From Balanoglossus misakiensis (lineage: Eukaryota > Animalia > Hemichordata), in the NCBI GenBank assembly GCA_040954595.2, contig CM082590.2, positions 9,326,088-9,390,087 of the forward strand: DNA of 64,000 nt, read 5' to 3'. Shown here piece after piece: positions 26,101 through 37,300 of this stretch (position 1 is the stretch's first letter; every line of letters starts with the position of its first letter). The position numbers and the translations under genes were made by a program. The notes beneath the pieces are model-generated. The model ran no database searches and was not told the origin of the DNA. It was given only the letters and a program-made list of their open reading frames with translations.

Positions 26101-28256
26101 ATACAAAATCCACTGCATTTTCAAACAACAAAACCCAAATTTGACTGACTATATTTGGAACTCCATTAGACCCTCATTAATTTATCTTATTTATTTTCTC
26201 AGGGCAAAAGTATGAATTTGCCAAGAAATGGAAAATCCACTGCGTTATCTCAAAGGTTAGTACATCATCCTTCATTCTGTTGACATCTTCTGTCAATTAC
26301 TGCTGCTGTGATAAAAGCAAAATACCTGGTTCTAGGTTTTTTTTCATGTTTCAAGAATTTCAGAGAGTTACACCTTGTTATCAAGTTCAGAAAGGACCTG
26401 ATTGTTTCGTTTTGTTTTCCTGTTGTGTTGTGTTGTTTTGTCTAGTCTTGTCTTGTCTTGTCTTGTCTTGTCTTGTCTTGTCGTCTTGTCTTGTCATGTG
26501 TTGGCTTGTCTTGTGTTGTGTTGTGTTGTGTTGTCTTGTCTTGTCTTGTCTTGTCTTGTCTTGTCTTGTCTTGTGATGTGTTGTCTTGTGATGTGTTGTG
26601 TTGTCTTTTCTTGTCGTCTTGTCTTGTCTTGTCGTCTTGTCTTGTCATGTGTTGGCTTGTGTTGTGTTGTGTTGTGTTGTCTTTTCTTGTCTTGTCTTGT
26701 CGTCTTGTCTTGTCTTGTCATGTGTTGGCTTGTGTTGTGTTGTGTTGTCTTTTCTTGTCTTGTCTTGTCTTGTCTAATTGTCTTATGTTGTGATGTGTTG
26801 TTTTGTCTTGTCTTGTTTTGTTTCATTTTGTTTTGGGTGATGACTTGAATTTTTTTGTCTCACCAGTGGTTTTATGACAGTCTTGAGAAAGGAGCATGTC
26901 TGGATGAGAACTTGTACGTTGTGGAAAACAGCGGCCGGAGTGAAATCGAGTCAGCGTCGAAGTTTGTCAGACCCACGTCTACGCCAAAAAGGAAATCAAG
27001 ACAACAGACATGTAAGTCTTTTCAGAGTTTACAAATCTACATGTAGATGTTCTCTGATATCACAGCACATTATGATGCATCACATGGGGTCATATCAGAG
27101 CAATGTGGTAAACAACTCGCATTTTCTCACTTCCCATCCCATCACATCACACCACATCACATTGCAGTACATTACATCGTATCACAGCACATCATCACAG
27201 CACATTACATCGCATAACACTGCACAATAATACACTGTATCACTCAACATCACTGCGTTACATCATGGCATTGTGCATCACTTATACAATCACAGCACAT
27301 CACATTGCAACGCAGCACATCACATCACATCACATCTCATCACATCGCACAATAGTGAACTGTACCACTCGACATCACTGTGTTACATCATGACACTGTG
27401 CATCACTCATAGCATCACATAAACAACAAATCACATGGCACTATGAAACTGTAAAGCAATAATCTGCTACATCACGCTGACATTTTTTGGTCTACCCTAA
27501 CAGTGAGTAGCCTTGGTGATGTGAGCAACATCAGTATGGCATCTGCTGTCAATGATTCCATCATGTCAGTGGATCTACAAGCACAGACTACAGACAATGT
27601 ATTCCTGGACGGATGTAAGGTGAGAATCGGGGACAGAGTGTCTGGTGTTTGGAGGAAGGGTGGACGGAGGGATGGATGGATGGAGGGAGGGAGGGAGGGA
27701 GGGAGGGAGGGAGGGAGGGAGGAATGGTGGATGGAGGGATCAATCGATCCAATGGATGATGACTGGCTGGCTGGCTGAATGGTTGGATGGATGGATGGAT
27801 GGATGGATGGATGGATGGGGGGGGGACTGGTGGACAGGTTGGGTAGATACATGAGAATGGGGGGAAAGAGGGATGGTGGTTTGAAGGAGAGAGTGATTGA
27901 TTGATTAAGTGAGTGAGTGAGAGAATAATAAGTGATCATTAAAGTCTCTGATCGTCCCACTTTCAAATTTTATTCCTTCTGTGTGTTGACAAACAGATCT
28001 TTCTCTCTGGGTTCACCCAAGCTGAGATCGACAGACTGCAAAGAATCATCAACCTAGGGAGTGGTTCTCGATTCAACCAATTAGTGGACAGTGTAAGCCA
28101 TGTTGTCATGGGAACAAAGGATGACAATATCATCCGAATCATACAAGAGTTAGAAGCAAGGTATGGTACTTATTTTGTTGAAAAAAATGTAATTTCAAAA
28201 TTTATAATATTTGATGTTGGTCATTATGAGATACTAGTATGTAGTATATCTATCTA

Positions 28257-28343
<87 letters not shown>

Positions 28344-31300
28344 GGTGTTTTTTTCAGATCAGTACACATACACACGACTTGCAGACAAGCATATTATGCA
28401 TTTGAGAAATATATCTTTATTTTGAACAAATTTCAGACAAAAATCTTGGCATCATAAATCTTCTGTTCTTTTCTTCTCTGATAGGCCATACTTCGTGACC
28501 GCACAGTGGTTAGTGGATAGTTTCAATGCTGGCGAGAAAATGGACGAACAGATGTATGAATACATGAATTTACACAGGTATATTATTTCAGTAATACCTT
28601 CAATATATGGAAGAACATTAATCAAAACAATAATTGAAAAAAATGGTGTGTTTGATCAGTGATATTAAAATTATCGTTTGAGATCAACACTGTTTTGTTG
28701 AATTGACCAATTTCAAATTGCGCTTGGCTTGAGCCCTGTGGTGGTCATAGTAGATTTTGAAAAAAATGGTGAACCACTTTTAAAATCTTCAAAAAACCAA
28801 TTGGCTGTTTGACCAGCAACTTTGCATAGAGTATCGACTAGTTCATGTTGAAAAATATGGCAGTGTGTAGTTCTGTTCTATATCATCTGGAAAAATAATG
28901 AAAAACTTTTAAAATCTTCTCAAAGACAAATTGACCTGTTATCGACTATTTATACTTTGCGAATGGTATTTCAAACTGTTGATAAATATGTCTGCATGTC
29001 TGTTCTCGATTATCTGAGTAGTGGTGAACAAGAAGACGTGAAGAACGAAAGTGTCTTGAAAGTGAAAAGTAAACCAAAAAAGAACACCAGTACGAGGGAA
29101 ATTAGAGAAAGTGTAACCAGCACTCACAGAGAAGAAGATCATGATGATAAAGATGATGATATCACGTTGATGGAGCAATATCTGCCTCAAAACACAACAG
29201 GTAACAATATTGATTTCTTATATAGCGCATTACATTATAAATCTCAAAGCGCTTTAACAGTTATTTCACTGGTCATTGGACTTACCATTCAACTCCTTGG
29301 GAGCAAACAACAGCTCACATGTGCAGCCATAAGCGCAGCAGAGCTAAACACACACATTACAATCTCTGTCCTACCAGGTACCTATTTCTCCTGGGTGGGG
29401 AGAAGCATTGAGGAGTAAAGTGCTTTGCTCAAAGGACACAACACCACAGCCATGTCAGGGCTCGAATCGATGTTTCTCCAATCATGAGTTCGATGCTCTG
29501 CACACATGGTGTAATTGTATTGCTATCACAAAACAAAGAATATTTACACCCCTAATCTTGCATGATCTTGTTCCAGTCGATGAGCCTGCATCATTGGCCA
29601 AACAGAGCAGTGCCACCAACAACCAAGACATCGACGCAGACATGACTACAGATGAAGTTGCCATGGCAGCAGGGGATGCAGGTGTCACCGTAGAGGAAGC
29701 TGGCATGGAAGGGGAAGATGCTGATGTCACCATGGCGCCTGAAGAGGAGAATGATGAAGAGGAGGAGGTTGAAGAGGAAGAGGGAAAAGGGGAGGATGTT
29801 AGGACTGGAATCTTTAGCGGGAAGACATTCATCATTGTGGGTTTCCCAGACGATCAGTGTGAAACAGCGGAAGAAATGATCACATCACAAGGAGGTGAGG
29901 TTTCTTGTACTCTGAGGTTTGATTTTAACGTGAGGAAAATGAGAGATTTTCTGCAGGAGGGAAATATTGCGAGGCTACTGAGATACTATTTGCCATTTGT
30001 AAACACAGAGGGTTAAACTTTGAGTCGCTTTGTGTCCACACACTCAAAGTCCAAGTGGCTTGGCCCCGTAGACAGCATGTTGTGGATACATGTTAAACCT
30101 TTACATTGGCTCAGGTCTTGCTAGCAAAACCGTCTCAACTCTGAAACGTTCCAAGACCTCTGGAACTGTTCACACTTAATATTTTATTCCCGTATTTGAG
30201 CTGAGACGTTTCAGAAACGTTTCAATGGTCCCTATGTATTTCTCATTGCAGGTAAAATCAAATCCGACAAGTCAAAGAGAGTGGCAGACTTTGCGATCGT
30301 ACCACTGATTGGTCGTTATGACAACGTTGAAGCCAAAGAAGTGATCAATAACTGTTGGTTGTTGATGTGTATAGAGAACGAAGGTCTCTTGGATGTTGAT
30401 AGTAATGAACTGTTCCTACCCATTGATATTCCTGATGATTGTAAACCGTTAGAGAACTGTGTCATTTCAATCAGGTGAGCTATGCTATATTTTTATGTAT
30501 CTTGATTTCAACAAAAATTAAACAATCATAACTTTTTCCACGTTTTTTCTCAAATTTTGATTAAGATCTTAAGACAATTGAATATTATGTCAACTTGGTC
30601 TAAAATTAAGGGGAAATAATCGAGAAAATTATGTGAAAATGCTAAAATGTGTATCCCACTTTGACAATTGTGTCGTTCAAAGGGTTAATCAAAATATACT
30701 TTCTCGTTTCACAGTCAGTTCACTGGTACAGAGAGAGATTGTATACAGCATTTGGCTGAGTATCTAGGTGCCACAGTACAGGATTATTTTGTAAGGAAAG
30801 CCAACAAAACAGCCTTGGCAAACACGCATCTTATTCTACAAGAACCAACTGGGAGTAAATATACTGGAGCTGTTAAGTGGGGACTTCCTGCTGTAGATAA
30901 AGGGTGAGAATTGAGTGGGGAGTCTTGTTGTCAAGAAATACTGATATATTTAAAACAACTGAGACAGAATGGAAGGGATGGAGAAAACGGGAGAGAGAGA
31001 GAGAGGGGGGAGGGAGACACGAGAGAGGGAAGGGATAGATAGAAGGATGGACACACCATCTTTATGTGACCATGGTGAAATCTTGTGATAAGCACTCTAC
31101 AAATTCAAAATGTTGTCATCTGTTGACTTAGGATAAGAAGATTGAAATATGTTGTTGATTAAAAATTATGCTCAAAATGGCAGCTATTGGGGCTTTAATG
31201 TTATATGACCACTTAAAAATGGTTGATGATTGTAATTTCATAATTTATTCCCAGATGGTTACTGGAGTGCGCTAGACAGAGACGGAAAGTACCGGAAGAC

Positions 31301-34300
31301 AAATACACGATTGGGAATGCCAAGGGAAGTGTAGCAAAGAGCCCTCTAGAGACGAAACCACCAAGTGTACAGAAACCCGCTGCAGAAACGGAACCACATA
31401 AAAGTGATGTTGAAAAACAGAAGGAAACGAGAAAACAAACTGATGATAGACGACAGATGGAAAATCAGAACAGAAATAATAATGTGAGTGAAACAAGAAC
31501 TCGGGTGTCGGATAAACCAGGTGAACAGAGCAGATGTATTCCTGTCGGTGATGTTGAACGGACTAAGGGTAAAATCGCAGAGTGTGATAGGAAAGAAGAT
31601 GGTGCGTCGAATCCGTGTGTGCGGAGTGCTGGTGTTACGGACGCATCGTTTCTCTCGAAGAAAGGATACCAGCCTTCGTTTGATTTCACCGACGCCCTGG
31701 CATATCTGGAAACTCCGCCGAGTCAGAGAATGAAGGGAAGTCAGAGGAGGAGGAAGTCAAGTCTGGTAAGTTATGAAGCCTCTCACCCCCATTTTCGTGT
31801 TTAGAGGTCCAACTTTACCATAAGAAACAATGAGTTTGGACTGAACCATGGTAGTGAAAGGGTTAAAGATCTACTGTCTGTAATTTTTTGATATACTTTC
31901 AGCATTTTTGCTTTGTGTTATAACCATGGTTTCTTCTTAGAGTCTGGACATGAATACAATTTCTAAACAATAACAATGTTTATCAACAATCACAATGATC
32001 AGTAGATATACACATGTGAGAAAACTTCAGAAATGTTTTGTGATTTTATTGTAAATTCTTTCTTTTTTAACGTTTTCGTTTTTCAGCCACTTGATGTGAT
32101 ATTCTCCAATCAAATGCAGAAGGCAGTAGAAAGAACTGCTCATGGTCAACCTGGTGAGATCCAACAAGACCAAGATGAAGGAAATGATCAGGAAGATGAA
32201 GTATTTGAAAACCAGGTACAGAATTACCAAATATGGTTAAAGCCCCAATAGCTGCCAATTTTTGATTTATTTTATGATTTTACTTTAAAACTTAGAATGG
32301 TCCTTTTAAATGAGCTAAGTGATGGGTATACACAAACAAATTATCAACCTCTGATTGTGGCTGTACCTGAACATATATGTATAAATATAAACAGGTTCAA
32401 TAATAGACGTATACCATTGTTTGATGCTTTACTGTGTATTTCAAATATATCAGCTGTTTAATTTATGTATTTTTACTTTAGGAGGAGAAAGGAGTTTTGA
32501 ATGATGTGAAAAGTTACAGCTAATGGTGCTTTGAAGTTCTCAATCGCTTCCAATTCATCTGTATTGGAATTAGATCTTACTATCACATGTTATGTGCCAT
32601 CTACCTATTTCTGTTCTTTATTATATTTTCTATTAATTACCTGTTTGGTTTGTGTTATGTTTTTTTTCTCTAGGAGGAAAGGGGAATTTTAAGTGATGTG
32701 ATAATCTGTGTGAGTAGAAAACTGAGTAAGCAACAAAGTGACTACAATAACATTGCCAAGTCTCTTGGTGCTGAGTATATATGGACCTTTGATAATACAT
32801 GTACACATTTCATATATAAGGTAAATAATATGCTATCTTTGGTGTGATGGGTTGAGGTTTGCACAGAAAAACCTGTCTAAACCGAACACCAAAGGGACTG
32901 AAGAAATTGTTCGGTTTGCAGAGGTGTCTGGTTTATAGAGGTTCTTTAAACATGTACTTGCCTCTATGTCAAAGGGGTGGGAAACTGTGTTTGGTTTGGA
33001 CAGGTTTCCAGATTAGATAGGGTTCGGTTTAGACAGGTTTGACTGTTTATTCCTGGATAATCCTGGAATGTTGTATGACTCCTGGATCGTTTGAAAATTC
33101 TCCAGAAATTGTGAGATTAAGTCCTGGTTGGTTGATTCAGCCAATAGACACTGGAGGAAAAAGACGAACAACATTTTGCGTAACTTTTAAGGTGTACACA
33201 TAGTTTTGATACATCTAATTAACTTCTTTTGTTTTATGTCTTTGTTTACAGGGACGCAATAATGACAACAGCAAAGAATACAAAGTTGCCAAAGAACAAG
33301 GAAAGTACATTGTCAGTCCACTCTGGTTGACAGCTGTGAGTAGAAGTTGGTCTCCTTAACCCCTTCCACCACCATGGTTTGGTCCAAAGCCATTGTTCTC
33401 TATAGTAAGGTTGGACCGTTATACAGGGAACTGGGGGTGGAATTTATTAATGCGTTGGTTTTTTCCTTGCCTTACAGTGTCAGGAAGAAGTCAAACATGT
33501 TGATGAATCTCTCTATCCACACACGTATAACCCCAAGATGAGTCTTGTAAGTATTTTTATTTTCCAGAGTGTGTATTTGTTCCATTTGAGATGACATGTC
33601 ATGTCTTTGACAGTGCCTAGTTGATGGGGTTTCACTTAATACTGTAAAACACTTTATTTTCGCGAGTTAAATTTTTCGCGATATCAAGAGAGGCCACTGT
33701 TTCGCGAGTATTAATTTTCGCGTTCTCTTATTTCATTCACTGCATCGTTATCTTCAAAAACAATTTACGCGACGTTTTATTTTCACGCTATTTTGGCTCT
33801 CGCGTATTTGGTGAAAATTAATTGCTCGCAAAAATAAAGTGCTTTACAGTATTATGTGTCATGGAGGCATCATAGTCCAGTGGTTTGTTTTCACTCAATT
33901 CAATATGGGATTATCAATTTCTTCTGTAGTCTGTGAGTAAGAAGAGACGTCTAACCAGAGCCAGCACTCGGGTCCAGTCTCAAGTGGACAGTAGCAGCGA
34001 CGAGGATGAAGAAACAAAACCCAAGATGAAGAAAGACGAAGATGAAACGAAAGAGAATGAGGAGGAAGAGAAACGTCTTGAAGAAGCTGAGGAGATGCCA
34101 CATACTTTAGAAATACAACAAGATTTTAAAAGACAATTTGAAGAGATTATGACCACTGCCATGTGAGTATCTCGCAATCAGTAACCCTTTCACCCCCATT
34201 TACCAGTGTAGAGGTCCAGCACTGCCATTGAGAATAGTGTAGTTGGATCAAACCATTGAAATATGGAAACAAAATCAGTGACTGTGGTGTTAACCCTGAC

Positions 34301-37300
34301 TCTTGATTAAAATTGTTTATCAGTGTATACCCAGAGACAATAGTACAAGTACTTTAATTCAAAATTCAGTGATTACAATCTTTTGTATGTCTGGAAATTT
34401 GACTCCAATAAAATGGTATTTTCATCTTGCAGGACAAACAAGGGAGCCAAAAGGAAAAGCAGAAGACTCAATAGTAAGTGTCAGAACATTTCATATCATA
34501 TACCAATCAGGTTCACTTCAAATTGGCCAAACAGTAGTGATTCCATCATCATCTATATTCATCAGATCAATTCCTCATCATATACACAATTTGACTATTT
34601 CTGAGTGCACATCACTTTGATTGAGAGGCAGAGGTCTTTAGTGTCTAACAGAATACTGGTATCGAAATATCTCTAAAGGATTAGGAAAACATATAAAGAT
34701 GTACAATACAATGCAATACGATTTAAATATCTACCATGTGTCTCTCTCTCCATAGACAGTAACAACGCAAGTAGCAGCAGTCTCCAAGACCAAGATAAAA
34801 GCAATGTAGACAGTGCAACAAAAACAAGGTCTTCCAGATTGCAGTCTACTAAGCGTAAGTGGTACCACAAAGTAGTACTCATGGTACTGGTAGTGTAGTG
34901 GCTGTAGTCGTGTAGTTTTTATGTATGGTAGTCCGACGCCCGTGAGTTCAAGAATGATCAACGGTAGTACCGGTAATGTCAAAAGTTTTGATGGAATGAA
35001 TATAGCTTTTGAAAAACTTTGTAAGGAGATAAAAGCCAGATGAAAAGTCCACAAAGTATAAACAAGTGAAACATCTCTGAATTTAACCATGCACTATAAA
35101 AAGTATGATTTTTTCTTTTCAGAGAATTTCAGTGATGTACCACCAGAAGCCTCACAAACGTTACAGATAACATGGGATGATCCAACAGGAAGGTGGGTTT
35201 GCAATAAGCAGAGGTGGCGTTTACGCAAAAGTATGCGTATTTGACGCAAAAAATCCTCACTTGACGCAGATATCTTAATCAGTGCGTCAAATTTGACGCA
35301 TAGGAACGGCCGCTCTATTTGCACAATGGTCAACGGAAATACGGCTAACTATCCCCCCCCCCCCCCCCTTGGGATCAAAATAATCACTTGTGCGCGCAAA
35401 CTTTTGTACTCAATATGTAGCTAATTTTGTTTAATGAATATTGAACTAGACATGTCTAGGACGCAGGCTGAAAGGAGTTTGACGCATTTTGTTTGATGAA
35501 TGCGTCAAAAAGACGCACTCAAAAAAATGTTGCCGCAACCTCTGAATAAGCTGTGTTCAGACTGTACAGAGCAGTATAGTACTAGTAGTAGAGTACACTA
35601 CACTACGCCACACCACACAACACTACACTACAGTGTACTTCAAACATTCTCTGTTATTATTTATTCCGTCGTCAGCTGAGATTGAAATTTGTGGACATTT
35701 TGCATTCTCGTTGAACAAATGATTTGATCTACTGAAGAAAGTAACAACATTTCATAGATTGTTCCGTGAAAATTGTCTTCTTATTCCAGAGAGGAGAGGC
35801 TGAAAATCATGGAAAAATTACAAGGCGGGACCGGACAGGTGGATGATGATGGAGATGGAGATGAAAACATGGATGTTGCGGATGACGCCCAAGATGAGGA
35901 GGAGAGTCGTCAAGAGCGAGTAGGAGAGGATGATGAACACAACAGATCATCAACACCAGAAGCCCCTCCTGTTAGACTGCCCTCGGCCAGGCCAGCGGTG
36001 GCTCTGGCACCGGAGGAGAGAAAGTACAAACCCCCGGAGACGCCGAGGTTTTTGCTGTCGTCCATGACGCAACAAGAGAAGATCGACTACAGTGGATTGA
36101 TTGAGGAGTTAGGGGGTACTGTGAGTGAGACACAGTACTATGACAGTACGTGTACTCATGTTGTCGTTGGTAAGTACTAGTACTTTAAATATCTGTTACA
36201 GATGATAAGTGCTTTTAAGGATGTACGCGCAGAACATAAACCGGAAACAGTGCGCGCCCGGTCTTTTTCCCATAGGATTACATTGAAAATTGCTAGAAAA
36301 CAAACTTCTACTATTGTCATTTTCACGAAATTTTACACATAGCTAAGTCCAGCAAATATAAATTCATTGGTCAAATAAAATATAGGGGTCACCGTGCTCT
36401 ATTTTGAGATAAATTGCGTCAAAAATTTTGCCCATAGACAAACCATTGGTGAAAAATGCCAATACTTTCAATTTTACTGAACGTACATCCTTAATCAAGT
36501 TTTCCCAGGCACTCTGATTAAAAAAGTCAAAGTCTCTCTCTCGCTGCCCCTTTTCCATTAACCATGTTTGATACAAGAAACCGTTTATGTTATTCTATAT
36601 ATAAAGTGAATCAACGTTCGACCACACACAACTTCCATCCCACTTGTAGACACGAGAGTGAAAAACTCTCCAAAATGAATAATCGGTCTCTACATAATAT
36701 TTAAAACCTTTGAGTCAAATTTAAGATGTCTAAAAAATTTCTCTTGAGTAAGCCCTCTACCTCGGTAGGTAGTGTGGATAAGTTTTTGAGTTATCAGTGA
36801 GTTTGTTGAGTCAGTGGTGCATCATATGGGCTGAGAGGGTGCACTGAACAGAACTATGAGAATTTTACATCCCTTGCTGGTAAAGACTGTTTGTAGTGTG
36901 GAATGTGCCTCCTTATATCTAATCTAACTACTTTCTTACATAGGTAACCCAACTCGTAATGAGAAATATTTAGCAGCTTTGGCATCTGGTAAATGGGTCT
37001 TGCATAAATCCTATCTAGAAGCATGCAGACAAGCTGAAGAATTTGTGCAGGTAATGAAACTCTTCCATTGCTTTCAGGAACAAAGTCAGCCCCCCACTTG
37101 CTTAATTAACCCTTTCACCACCATGGTTCAGTCCAAACCCATTGTTTTCTATGGTAAGGTTGGACCTCTATAGAGGGAACTGGGGGTGAAAGGGTTAATA
37201 GCTACCAAGACTAATTTTTCCTAATAAGGATTCTAAAAGTATTATGTATAGTTCCTGAAAAGTATGTTTGAGACCTTTAATATTATTCAGGATTTTAAAG

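Noticed and set aside
26280-26848. Cys/Leu/Val-rich and TRQDK ORFs
   Set aside because: Pentanucleotide microsatellite
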